Below, one piece after another: positions 29,926 through 41,100 of a stretch of DNA of 64,000 bases. The notes under the pieces are model-generated. The model did not search any database and had not been told where the DNA came from. It saw nothing but the letters and a program-made list of their open reading frames with translations. How positions within the stretch are numbered: position 1 is the first letter of the stretch; every line of letters starts with the position of its first letter. Position numbers and translations under genes: made by a program. This DNA is from a virus, in the IMG/VR virus record IMGVR_UViG_3300025280_000001, positions 4,524 through 68,523 of that record. One strand, 5' to 3'.

Positions 29926-30567
29926 ATGCCACCACTAATGATTGGCGTAATGGCAGCAGGAGGAGTCATGTCTTCCATGGGGCAAGCAGACGCTGCAGCA
30001 CAACAAGCAGTTAACGAAATGGCTGCCTTCCGACAGAATGAAAAGAATCGTACCCATGAATGGGCTAACCAGTCATGGTTCCAAGTTCTACAGCAAGCTC
30101 AGAGATGGGCTACTAATAAAGCTATCGTAAAGGATGCTATTAGTACAAGAGAGAAAAATAAATTCTGGGAGAGAGCAAGGCTAGATAACACAAGATCTAC
30201 CATGTCTAAGAATATGGTTAAGGGTTATAACGATCTTACTTCAGTATTAGGAGGAAGGTTAGGAAAGAACTCAGCTACCTCAAGAGCTTTACTAAGGAGT
30301 ACTATGCAAAACTATCACCAAGCTCGACAAACACAGAATATAAGCTTATCCTTAAAAGATAGGGCATATGATGATCAGTATCAAAAGGCTATTAACAAGA
30401 GAGACTTTGGGTTTACTCCTGTTCAAGAGTTTAATTTGAATCAGTACTATGGGGCAGACCCAAATCAAGTATATAAAACTACACTTATGCAGGGCTTAGG
30501 TCAAACTGCTATGGGTGTTGGTAGTGCACATATGAGCTTCAAAGGTGCAGGTGGGACATACTTCTAA
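29926..30567 (+). CDS. internal virion/ejection protein (gp14-like)
   Basis: Gly/Ala/Met-rich hydrophobic ends, Gln/Ala-rich helical body, about 200 aa. Confidence 0.65.
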   Translation: MPPLMIGVMAAGGVMSSMGQADAAAQQAVNEMAAFRQNEKNRTHEWANQSWFQVLQQAQRWATNKAIVKDAISTREKNKFWERARLDNTRSTMSKNMVKGYNDLTSVLGGRLGKNSATSRALLRSTMQNYHQARQTQNISLSLKDRAYDDQYQKAINKRDFGFTPVQEFNLNQYYGADPNQVYKTTLMQGLGQTAMGVGSAHMSFKGAGGTYF

Positions 30568-31544
30568 TGAGTCTAGACTTCCTAAAGAATCCAACTGTTA
30601 AAACCATGGTTGAACAACAGTATAATGATCAGCAGCTAAACAGAACAATGGAATATCTTAAGGACTATAAGGGTTCTGATGTATTTAAAGATTGGCAAAG
30701 GGATGTACCGTTTGATATTACCCCAGAAAATAGAGAATCGTATTGGGATATATATAACAATCTATCTCCACTGGGTGTTAAAGATACTGAAAATGCTTTT
30801 ATTAAATCAGTACAATTAGATTTAGATAATGCACCGACACCAGCAGAAAAACTATTCATACTTAGGGATGGTCAATCTATCTGGAGTGATAATGTATCTG
30901 AGTATTTTAAAGAACAGACTGATATTTTAGGTGGGTATATAACTGCAGATTCTTTGAATAAAGGTCAAGTGGCTTATGAAAAGGATTTCTCTAATAGAGT
31001 AAACTCTTTATATGGTAGAGGTGTAGAGCTAGATGCAATGGTATCTGAAGCTAATCATATTAAAGATGGTATAGAAATAGAAAAGTATGGGATGTGGGAT
31101 AACGCTTTAATACATAATGGAAGATTATCTACTAAAGACGTAGATGGTAATATTACAATGGGTGCTAATGCTGGATTAGATCTTGACGAGAAAACATTAC
31201 CTGCATGGGATGAACAACTAGAGGTATCACGAATTGCTTACAATACTTTAAAGAAGGTTATACCAACAGCACTCAGTATGGCTCGTTATAAATTCTTAGA
31301 CAGTAAGAAGAAAGCAGATATAGCAATGCTCAATAGTGCTGAGAAGGGTGAGCTAAGTAAGGAAAATATTATACCTGCTGTAACTAATATGTTAGTATAT
31401 AAAGATTCAGACACTGAAGACGTAGTTCGTAAGGGAGCTAAAGGAGCTTTTAAACATGCTATGCCTCAAGAAGTTCATAAGATAGGTGGTAAACTTATAG
31501 CTGGTATTATGAATGCTACTATGAAAAGAGGATATGATATATGA
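30567..31544 (+). CDS. hypothetical, probable internal virion protein
   Basis: coupled ORF in the ejection-protein block. Confidence 0.5.
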   Translation: MSLDFLKNPTVKTMVEQQYNDQQLNRTMEYLKDYKGSDVFKDWQRDVPFDITPENRESYWDIYNNLSPLGVKDTENAFIKSVQLDLDNAPTPAEKLFILRDGQSIWSDNVSEYFKEQTDILGGYITADSLNKGQVAYEKDFSNRVNSLYGRGVELDAMVSEANHIKDGIEIEKYGMWDNALIHNGRLSTKDVDGNITMGANAGLDLDEKTLPAWDEQLEVSRIAYNTLKKVIPTALSMARYKFLDSKKKADIAMLNSAEKGELSKENIIPAVTNMLVYKDSDTEDVVRKGAKGAFKHAMPQEVHKIGGKLIAGIMNATMKRGYDI

Positions 31545-32104
31545 GAAATATAGACCAGAGACGAGAAGATTCTAATAGACCTATAGATATACCTGATATA
31601 AATCAGAAGGTAGGTATAGAGAATGTAACATTTTCTAGTGCAGACGCACGGTTTCTAGACTCAAATAGAAATAGATATGTCTCTACTATGCCAATGCAGA
31701 TGAAGGGGTTGGAAAATTCTGAAGCCCGTTTAATGTATGATATGTATAAAACTATGAGGGGTACCCTTTTGGAGGGTGGCAAAGCTTGGATGCAATCTGT
31801 GGCAGCAAAGCAAGCCATGGATGACCCAGCGTTGACTGCGAGGTATGAGATGGAGGCTCGACGAGACGCTACCATGAAAGAGTTTTCTGAGATAGATCAA
31901 GCTGAAGTAGAGCCTAGATGGAGGTCATATAATCGTGATACTGCTAGGGGAACAAGATTTGAGAAAGATAAACGAATAATAGCACAAACAAAACTAAAGA
32001 ATAAAACCATTGAAATTGAAGAGAATGAGACCTTATCTGCGGCTGCAAAGACTGCGGCAAAATTGAAACTACATAAGGAGTTTTTAGATGAAGCAGGATA
32101 TTAA
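31541..32104 (+). CDS. hypothetical, probable internal virion protein
   Basis: coupled ORF in the ejection-protein block. Confidence 0.5.
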   Translation: MRNIDQRREDSNRPIDIPDINQKVGIENVTFSSADARFLDSNRNRYVSTMPMQMKGLENSEARLMYDMYKTMRGTLLEGGKAWMQSVAAKQAMDDPALTARYEMEARRDATMKEFSEIDQAEVEPRWRSYNRDTARGTRFEKDKRIIAQTKLKNKTIEIEENETLSAAAKTAAKLKLHKEFLDEAGY

Positions 32105-34157
32105 TCCCATACTAGACGACATCTCCCATATCTATTGGGGAGATACTGAAGAAACGGTTAGTGCATTAGATAATATTAGAGATGATTTAATGGATTATCC
32201 AGTAGTACCTAAGTCGGAAAGTATGTCGTATGATGTTACTGATAAAGACACACTCTTTTCTTTATCTGAAAAGATAGGGGTACATCCAGAAGATATAAGC
32301 GAACTTAATGATTACAGACAAGTTAAACCAGGACAAACAATAAATGTACCTCCTACAAAAATGATCTCTACTTATCAAGGTGAAACTATGCCACAAAACT
32401 TTAGGGATGCCGTACCTTCTTTGGGACCGCCGCCAAAATATACTCTATCTCCCTCAGGCGAGACCATTGTACATCCAGATGATTGGGGGGATATAAGTGA
32501 AGCTGCTAATCCATATTATACAGCTAGAGAACAGTCTAATATGGCAGGTGAGATATTTGTACCAGATAGTTTTACTGACTATGATCAGACACATCCAGAG
32601 GCTACCTGGGAAATAGAAGATCCACTAAAGCAGATTAGATTGTTACAACCAGATATTAAGGTTGGTGCTTTAAGTACTTTGCTAGATGTTAGTTCTCTAG
32701 TTCCTCTTGAAGACGATATGGCACAAGCACTACGAGCAACTAATGATGCTAATCGTAGGCTTGAGGAATTTCAAAAGAGTATATATCAAACAGCACTCAC
32801 AGATGGTACCTATCCTACAGATCAGGATGGCACTCCAGTTGGATATGATTCTCAGGAAGTTGCGGATCGTATACAAAGCGATCGACACCTTATACCTATT
32901 TCTGATAGAGATAAAGCTGAACATGCTGCTTTAGTAGAAGCTCTTGATAGAAATATGACACATTACTTTTCTACAAGATCCGGATATTCGTCTGCCCATA
33001 AAGAGCTTCTTTCGAAGTCGGTACTAGATCGAAATGTTCCTAAAGGATTACGTATAGGTGATTTACCATATATAACACCATATAATTTCTATCGGGCAAT
33101 GTATAAAGCTAGCAAAGTTGACTATGATGACGGTTTGAAAATCTATCAGAACAAAGTTAATAAACTTAACCCCAAGCAGAAAGAAATATGGGAGACAATG
33201 TTTGGGACTCAAGAAGGGCTTCATAATAAAATCCACGTAGCAGTAATTCCACATGCTGAGTTGATGGGTAAGTTTACAGGAGTATATGACGTATTCGGTA
33301 ATATGTTATATGAGAAAAACAGACCCCATCTAGGTAAGGAATATGTAATGGATATTACAACACTATCACCTAGAGAGGTAGGCTATGCTGATAAAAGTCT
33401 GTTCATGCAACAAGGTTATCAAGAGGATCCAGAAACATTTGCTGAAGCTATAGGAGATCAAATACAACAAGCTGCAATGCAAGATATAGAGACCGATCTA
33501 TATGAGCCAACAGATCCACCATTTAAAGGTAAGATAAAAGATCTTGACACAGACGATCTACTGATATACCCAATGAGAACGGACCCCTGGATCGACCATC
33601 GAACCGGCAAAAAGCTTAGACATACCTATGCAGAATATCCTCAACCTACTTATTGGGAGTCAGTTGGAGGTCTTGGTACACAAGATCCAGCTAGGGTGCA
33701 AAAACAAGACTTACTAGGATTCGGAACAGATACTCAAGTCTTTTGGTTTCATGGTGAAGAAAGAGTAAATCTACCTGTTGCTGGTCATGAAATTGGGGGT
33801 CATGGAAAACAGGTGAAGATCCCTAGTGCCCCACTAAGACCTAGACCTGATGGATCATTTGAAAATAAATGGGCTTATAGGTGGCATGAAATAGGTGCAG
33901 AGTGGTCTGAAGCTGTAAGGAAGTATAGAGTGCAGCGTGGTGATAATACCTTAGCTCCTTTAGATCTTAATGATTTTACTACTTACCTTGAAAACAAGAT
34001 TGTTGCTCCTCCCTATCCACTTCCAGAAAATATAACTGAAGTTTATGAGGAGATTCTAGATATAATGCGTAGCTGGAGTGATGAAGAAAAAGAAGCACTT
34101 AGATATATGATTGGTCACGCAGATGAGAATAACCAAGTAATGACAATGTCAGCATAA
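32088..34157 (+). CDS. LysM-domain protein with possible C-terminal zincin-like motif
   Basis: YDVTDKDTLFSLSEKIGVHPEDISELN...KPGQTINVP; GHEIGGH ... HEIGAE. Confidence 0.7.
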   Translation: MKQDINPILDDISHIYWGDTEETVSALDNIRDDLMDYPVVPKSESMSYDVTDKDTLFSLSEKIGVHPEDISELNDYRQVKPGQTINVPPTKMISTYQGETMPQNFRDAVPSLGPPPKYTLSPSGETIVHPDDWGDISEAANPYYTAREQSNMAGEIFVPDSFTDYDQTHPEATWEIEDPLKQIRLLQPDIKVGALSTLLDVSSLVPLEDDMAQALRATNDANRRLEEFQKSIYQTALTDGTYPTDQDGTPVGYDSQEVADRIQSDRHLIPISDRDKAEHAALVEALDRNMTHYFSTRSGYSSAHKELLSKSVLDRNVPKGLRIGDLPYITPYNFYRAMYKASKVDYDDGLKIYQNKVNKLNPKQKEIWETMFGTQEGLHNKIHVAVIPHAELMGKFTGVYDVFGNMLYEKNRPHLGKEYVMDITTLSPREVGYADKSLFMQQGYQEDPETFAEAIGDQIQQAAMQDIETDLYEPTDPPFKGKIKDLDTDDLLIYPMRTDPWIDHRTGKKLRHTYAEYPQPTYWESVGGLGTQDPARVQKQDLLGFGTDTQVFWFHGEERVNLPVAGHEIGGHGKQVKIPSAPLRPRPDGSFENKWAYRWHEIGAEWSEAVRKYRVQRGDNTLAPLDLNDFTTYLENKIVAPPYPLPENITEVYEEILDIMRSWSDEEKEALRYMIGHADENNQVMTMSA

Positions 34158-34169
34158 AGGAGAATAGTA

Positions 34170-37100
34170 GTGACAGATGTACCTCGCAATGAACAGTCTA
34201 TGATAGACCCTAGCACAATAAAAGAATCCCCAGAAGTCGAAGAGGTGTGGGAATCATCTTATGATTATGATGTCTTTACTTCTGGTAAAGGGTGGGGATC
34301 TGTGGAGGTATCAACTGAAGGTCGTGGTAAATATTCTCAACCTACAGCTGAAGAGATAAGAGAGAATAGAGGAAGAAAACTCCATTACGGATATAACAGT
34401 AAAGAAAATAGATTGATGTGGTCACCTATAGATAAAGTTCCCCCGAAAAGTGATTACATTCCTAAACCAGATATTACACAAGAAGAATTAGATACTGCAA
34501 TAGATTCACTACAACAAAGATCTAATCATATAAATAATAGACTAGAGCAATCCTTAACAGGAGATTCTGTAGATACAGATGATGGTATAACTATAACCAG
34601 CAACTGGATAAATAAAATGATTGATGAGGTTAGAAGTAGACTATCATCATCAGGTAAAGTAAATGAATACTTATTAAACCCATTTTATACAAGACCTGAC
34701 AAAGATGGAAAACCTGAAATACCTGCATTACAGGATCCGTTATTTAGAGAGATACTAGCAGACGGTGCCTTAGAAGCACACGAAGAAGAATTATTTAAGA
34801 AGTATCTTAAGGAAGGGACACTATCTTCTTACTCTACTATGGAAGGTGAGTTTGTTCAGAAAGTAATTCCACATCCAGAAATTGCTCCTCGTATGAAAGA
34901 TTATAATTGGTTATGGAAACGATATACTGAACATACTAATAAATATAATAATATGAAGTCAGAGGTTGATGCAATTGAAAGGGTTATTCGCACAGAGTTA
35001 GATTCAGAAACTAAAGATTATCTAATGGAAACACTAATAGATAACTTTGGATGGGTTAGAAAAGACTTTACAGATAGGGGTATTGTATTAACTGACTATG
35101 CTCGTAGTATTATTGATCAGAATGAATGGAATGATACAAGAGAAGATATGGATGATACATCCCTAGTCTATCCAGACGGATCTTTTGTTCCGGAGGGTCA
35201 TTATTATGACACAGCTACCGATACGTCTATACCTATTGAAGATTCTAATATAAAAAGAGAATTAGGTATTGTATTTAATCAGGAAAATGTACCTGAAGAA
35301 GTTGTTAATAACTTTAGGGAACTTCCTGATACACTACAAGCTTTTATTATGAAAGACCAGACATCCCTAGTCTATCCAGACGGATCTTTTGTACCAGAAG
35401 GATACTATTATGATATTGAAAAAGATCATACTGTAACTATATCAGAAAAGGTGGACCAATATAGGAAAAACTTTAAACATAGTAAAGAAGAATTAGAAGA
35501 CCTACAAAGATTTTTTAAATTAGCTCAACTGCAGGCTGGTAGAGCGAATGAATTTAGTAGTATGAGTGATAAGGAGTTAGAACAGTACATTACGAGTAGG
35601 ACGAAAAAGAGAGATGCAAAACTTAAGGGTATTACTATAGGTACTCCCCAGTTTCAGACAACTTTAGAAGCTATTACTAGAAGATTTGACGAAAGGTTTG
35701 GTACAAACTACCACACATGGGAAGACTTAAACCAAGGTCTATTAGCGGGTGCATTATCCAGTAGACAAATAGTATGGATTGAGGATATGTATAGATGGGG
35801 GATGCAGAGATTGCCAAAGTCTTCTGCTACCGCCACTAATCTATCAAAGATGGAGAAATCATCTTTCGATAGAAATAATGATAGAGGCTTTGACGTTCCT
35901 TGGGATCCCAAAATTAAAATGTTACTTGGAGGAATAGATCCTCAAGATTTAGAAACCATTCTTAGTGATCGAGGTGCTACATATAAGAATCTTTGGAAGG
36001 AGTTTATGCTACTAGGTAACGAGTGGAATAAACAGAAAGAAAATTATAAAAATATTCTTCTTGGTAATCCAGCTATGGAGAATTGGGATACAGAAATGGT
36101 TTCCCCAGAAATGTCTAGATTAGATCAGGTATTGAATAATATGTTCCTCCCTATTGAGCAGATGTTATTTATGCATGCTTCAGGAGAGCTGGGTTTTTGG
36201 GAACCAGGGTTTGAACAGTGGTCATTATTTGCTGGTAGAATGTATGCTAAGGAATACGGCAAGCGACAAAGCGGGGCTAGTGATAACTTTAATACACATC
36301 TTAAATACGCACTACATGTTATACATACTATGAGTGGAGAAATTACTCCCGAAGTAACCTCTGCCATGTTATTTCTTTTTGGACTCAAAGCTGGTTCTGA
36401 AGAAGTAGATGATAAAGTTTTCATGACAAAAGCACTACAAGCTGCTGGACAGCCTGTTGAAGCAGCGGCAATACTTGGAGTAACTCTAGAATATCTACTC
36501 CAGTTATCAGGTGGAGATATGACTTCTCTTGATCCTAATAATATTAATCAAGCAGTAAATACTGTTACTTATGAAATTGCGTCTGCAATATCTGCTGCGT
36601 CTTACGCAGCAACTACAGACCGTTTTGCATTAGAGGCATTACTACCTAAAGGTACTATTAGAGACATGACCCGAATATCACAAAATATTAGGTTTCGTAC
36701 ACCAAGTGCTGAAGCTATGGAGGGTGCCTTTGATCCTGAAATAAAGCTGGGTCAGGAACAAGCATACGAATTGCAGCAGACAGAGTATGATGAAATGCTT
36801 CGACTTTCCGCACCGTTATTGCCCTCACTTGCAGAAGGTGGTGAAATGCCTGATGTAGAGAGTATAGAAACTTTACTTGTAGAGGCTGCATTGGGCTCTC
36901 CTGCAATTGAGTCATTGCTATCGGCTGACTGGGCAACTGACGCAACTAATAGAGAGAAACTATTATATGTATTTAGAACTATGATGTTAACGGAAGAGTC
37001 TGCTTTGGCTTTTAAGGGTGCAATGTTTACAGCTTTAATAGCTAACAAGAGAACTCCAATGGCTGGAACAACAGAAAGAAATATGATGCAGATGAAGGAT

Positions 37101-38147
37101 GTCTTTCTATTCTGGGAAACATATTTGAATAGACAGAACACAGCAATCATTCCGTACACATACAGAAATGGAGAGTTTATCCCTGCTACAGCATCACATA
37201 CTAAAGAATATGACTATTCTAAATGGGCTAATCCAACTGAAGAACAGCCTGATGGTGGGGTATTAAATGTATCTATATATAACGATCTCAATCAAACAAA
37301 AGAAACCCAAGCAGAAAATGATGAAACAACAAGAAGAACTATGCTTAGAAACTTTAGCAATATAACAGTAGCAAATCCAAATATAATACAACCAATTAGA
37401 CCGGATATGATAGGACCTGCAATTAATAAGGTTATGGATACTATTCACGAAATTAATAATCAGGGTAAAGAACCAGTAGGATTAATTGAAGCACAACTAC
37501 TTTTAGCTTTAGAATTAGTAGAGGGTGAACATAAATTAGATGCGGGAATAATTCCAGTAAAGTTAGCAAAGTTAGCAAGCTTTGTTAAAGCTTTTCGAGA
37601 AGGCGACAGACTTAGTAAGATATCTTATGGACTAGAGTTAGGTAGAAGTAAAACAACTGGGGGTATTAGGGGTATGCAACAAGCTCCGCACATTCGAATT
37701 AATACGTATGAGATGGAAACCACTTATCAGCCTGGGGGGTTTGCAGGTTTGTTTCTTGAAACTAAGAGCGAACAAAAAATTATTAACTCCTTTACTATAC
37801 CGTGGATGGCTTTCCATAATGACGACTGGAAAGGAACTACGGCTGAAAAAGAGGCAGGTTTACAGGGAAGCGTTAAAGATTTTATGTTAGTAAGCAGAGA
37901 AGATTGGGTTCAAATTATGACAGGTAAGGAGAATATTCCCGCTATTGGTGGGTATATGGAATGGGAAGGCAGAGCTGATCAATATAACGTCAGGGGCTTG
38001 AAGAAGAAGTTTCTTGATAAATATGAAACATCCCATAATATCCATAATGGAATATATGGAATAAAGGTAGAGTACTACGGGGCGAATGGTAAATGGCAAA
38101 CCAACATAACCCGTGATTATACTAAAGTAAGAGTAAGAGTAAAATAA
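34170..38147 (+). CDS. large internal virion protein (gp15 position)
   Basis: 1325 aa, GTG start after AAGGAG, immediately before the giant gp16-like gene. Confidence 0.55.
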   Translation: MTDVPRNEQSMIDPSTIKESPEVEEVWESSYDYDVFTSGKGWGSVEVSTEGRGKYSQPTAEEIRENRGRKLHYGYNSKENRLMWSPIDKVPPKSDYIPKPDITQEELDTAIDSLQQRSNHINNRLEQSLTGDSVDTDDGITITSNWINKMIDEVRSRLSSSGKVNEYLLNPFYTRPDKDGKPEIPALQDPLFREILADGALEAHEEELFKKYLKEGTLSSYSTMEGEFVQKVIPHPEIAPRMKDYNWLWKRYTEHTNKYNNMKSEVDAIERVIRTELDSETKDYLMETLIDNFGWVRKDFTDRGIVLTDYARSIIDQNEWNDTREDMDDTSLVYPDGSFVPEGHYYDTATDTSIPIEDSNIKRELGIVFNQENVPEEVVNNFRELPDTLQAFIMKDQTSLVYPDGSFVPEGYYYDIEKDHTVTISEKVDQYRKNFKHSKEELEDLQRFFKLAQLQAGRANEFSSMSDKELEQYITSRTKKRDAKLKGITIGTPQFQTTLEAITRRFDERFGTNYHTWEDLNQGLLAGALSSRQIVWIEDMYRWGMQRLPKSSATATNLSKMEKSSFDRNNDRGFDVPWDPKIKMLLGGIDPQDLETILSDRGATYKNLWKEFMLLGNEWNKQKENYKNILLGNPAMENWDTEMVSPEMSRLDQVLNNMFLPIEQMLFMHASGELGFWEPGFEQWSLFAGRMYAKEYGKRQSGASDNFNTHLKYALHVIHTMSGEITPEVTSAMLFLFGLKAGSEEVDDKVFMTKALQAAGQPVEAAAILGVTLEYLLQLSGGDMTSLDPNNINQAVNTVTYEIASAISAASYAATTDRFALEALLPKGTIRDMTRISQNIRFRTPSAEAMEGAFDPEIKLGQEQAYELQQTEYDEMLRLSAPLLPSLAEGGEMPDVESIETLLVEAALGSPAIESLLSADWATDATNREKLLYVFRTMMLTEESALAFKGAMFTALIANKRTPMAGTTERNMMQMKDVFLFWETYLNRQNTAIIPYTYRNGEFIPATASHTKEYDYSKWANPTEEQPDGGVLNVSIYNDLNQTKETQAENDETTRRTMLRNFSNITVANPNIIQPIRPDMIGPAINKVMDTIHEINNQGKEPVGLIEAQLLLALELVEGEHKLDAGIIPVKLAKLASFVKAFREGDRLSKISYGLELGRSKTTGGIRGMQQAPHIRINTYEMETTYQPGGFAGLFLETKSEQKIINSFTIPWMAFHNDDWKGTTAEKEAGLQGSVKDFMLVSREDWVQIMTGKENIPAIGGYMEWEGRADQYNVRGLKKKFLDKYETSHNIHNGIYGIKVEYYGANGKWQTNITRDYTKVRVRVK
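35157..35392 (+). repeat. 32-bp exact intragenic direct repeat (35157-35188, 35361-35392)
   Basis: ACATCCCTAGTCTATCCAGACGGATCTTTTGT twice; peptide TSLVYPDGSFVPEG(H/Y)YYD. Confidence 0.95.
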
Positions 38148-38157
38148 GGAATATTAA

Positions 38158-41100
38158 ATGGTAAGACCAAGACAATCCCCAGCAGATTATTTACCCCCAC
38201 TACCGGGACCGAGCCCTGATGATATGTTTCATATGGGGTCACTAGATAGGGAGCTAGATGCAGGATATTATTCAAAGATTCCTGAAGCACCACTAGAAGC
38301 GTGGGGTGAGGATACTCTATACTCATCGAAGACTATACATGAATCTCAAAAACCCTATCAGGTAGAATCTATTAATCTTGCGACAGGTGATTATCAAATA
38401 GGACCCCTGTCTTTACTAGAGTCTAATAGATTAGGTATGGCTTTAGTTCATACTGGTGGTATGTGGGGTTCAAATGCACAAAATACAAATCTTGTTGCAT
38501 CTATGATGTTTGCTGGTAGAAGAGAATTAGCTGGTACATTTATGGCACTAGATGAGGACATGGAAAAAAACTTAAAAAACTTCATAAGTCCTCTCGCTTA
38601 TAGTAACTGGCTTAAAGGTGTTAATGTTCATCTACCCGAACTTGATAAGCCAAGTACCTATATACCAGTTAGGACACAACATTTCGAACCTATGTTTATT
38701 GGTGAAGCGTGGGAACAGTTTAATCCAAACGATTTATTCTTAGAAGAACCACATCCAGATTACACACCAGATAAGGCTTGGGCTTTGATGTGGGAAAAAA
38801 ATCCTGGATTTATGAATAGAATCTCTAAACTCGGAGCTAATGAAGAATACTTTGCGGATGCTAAAAACGAACATGAGTGGATGCATAATGCCAACATGTT
38901 GATAGAGCTAAACTATATAACTAAGAGTAAGATGTGGAGTGACGATACTTCTTGGTGGGGAAAGAATGTAAGTGGACAGTTATATACCTTTGTTGTAAGC
39001 GGTATCTTAAATGAACCAGATATGGTTGGAGAAATGCTTGTAGGATTACTTCTTACAGCCGCCACTGCAGGTATTGGTGGTGTAGCCCTTACTGCTAAAA
39101 TAGCCACTTATATGCGCAAGGGTGTTAAGATAATGGATGAGCTTGCCGAGCTTCGGACATTTGTTAGTAAGGTATTAAGAATGTCTAGGGTTACAAATTT
39201 CCTACCGTCTGCTATTCCTCATACGTTTATGACACGGGGTGGGAAGGTAGCTCTAAAGTCTAGGTGGTTTAATCCTTTTGCAAACAAGGGTCGTAATATC
39301 TTTATGGCTAATGCAGCTGAAGGAGCTCTTACAGGTACTCTTGCAGAAATTGGTAACCAACGAAGAAAAATAAATTGGGAACTACAAGACGAGTATGATT
39401 GGGAAATGGTAGCATGGCAGGGCGGTCTTGAGTCTATTATAACCCCATTCATTAACCCCGCATTTGTTTTGGGAATGAAGGGTTTACAAAGAGGTAGTAT
39501 GAGAACTATGCAGTTCAGTAGTCAGCTTATGACTGAATTGACTGGTACTGATATAGATCTAGGAGCTAAGCTTCCAGATGTTGTAAAGAATATTGTAAAG
39601 GTATGGGGACAACCAGAATCTGCAACAGATAGAATTACTCTAGATATTCTTGGTAATATGGCTTGGAAGAATTTAGAAAATATGTTAGGCTCTTTAGATG
39701 CTGATGGTAGAAAAGTAACTGGTCAAAGACTTGGTCAAATACTAGCTATGTTACTAGAAGATGGTAAACTAGACTCTCTACAAGGTCTGGAAACGACTCT
39801 TGAACTAATGATTAAAGAGGCTACTGTAAGAAAAGATGATGGTACTACATATATTGATCATAAGAAAATGGATCTTCCAATGGCAGTAGCAAAATTAGCC
39901 GCTATTGCAGCTAAGAAAAGGGGTCTGACAGCTGATGAAATAGGAACACACGAAGCTACAGCTTTCTTCTTTATTCATGGAGAAAGAATAGCTTCAGAGA
40001 GAAATAAGAAAAACATAAAAAGGAAAGACGGTTCAGAACCTGTAGGAGATAATAAATGGACTGCTCCTGATATTATTACAGAAGCGCTTGGCGGTACTGA
40101 GATAGATATTGCAGTATTCTTTGACGAAGCAATGAGAGCTGAGGTTGATGAGGAGTTGACATTAGGGGGTTTAGATCCCAAGTTTGCTAGTAAAAGTCAG
40201 GTTGCTGCAGCTTGGGAAAAAGCTATGGTTAAACGTGGTGCAACATTTGCAAAACGTGCCTCAGCAATAATTGATGAACAAGAGAAACTTATAAAAGAAG
40301 TTTCTGAATTAATTGAGGCAGCTAGACAAGCACTGGATATACGAGAAGGTGATGCTAGTTATTATATGAATGAACTAGTAGCTTCGGATCCTGAGCTTAA
40401 AAGAAGATTGGTAGAGTTAGAAAACTTTACTAATGATTTGCAAGCATTATTTAATCAGATATCAGAAATACGGGCTTTAAGGGAAAGTGATTTGCATGTT
40501 AAAGATCAAACCCAAGCTAATTCAATGCTAGATATAGCATTAACTTCTGATCGCGTTGGCGGTATGATGGCTAGATTAAAATTAATAGCTAAGGCTTTAA
40601 ATATAGATGTTAAAGGAATTAGTAAAATTTCAGATATGGTTGCTATACTAAAACAAAGAGTTTCACAGGATGAGAGATTTGATTTAGAAGCATTCAAACC
40701 ACTAGCAGAGCACCTAAGTTTAGAGCTTAGTGAAAACCTTGCTGTAATAACCGAAGAGCAATCAAACTTAGAAAAGGTTCTTATAGACAACCTATTTAGA
40801 ACAATTGCAAACTATCATAATGTATATAAAAACTCAAGTCCACATGTTATAGACCAAACCATTGATGGTGTGAAGATTGATCGACAATTCCAAGCAATAG
40901 TTAATTCTATTATGAGAGTAAACGACTCTAATTATGAGGTACTGAATATAGATAACATGACCAATACTGGTGAGTGGAATGTTACTGAATCAGGAACCAA
41001 AACCGATACTACAGAACCTATATTTCTTACCGATAAGATTCTATTAAAGGATAAAAAATCCGGAGATGTTTTAAGTAAAGGCGAGGGCACCATCCACCAT

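Noticed and set aside
13413-32458. 14-bp match CTATCTCCCTCAGG between the portal and LysM genes
   Set aside because: Several 14-mer matches are expected by chance in 64 kb, and the spacing is not collinear with the 28-bp repeat.
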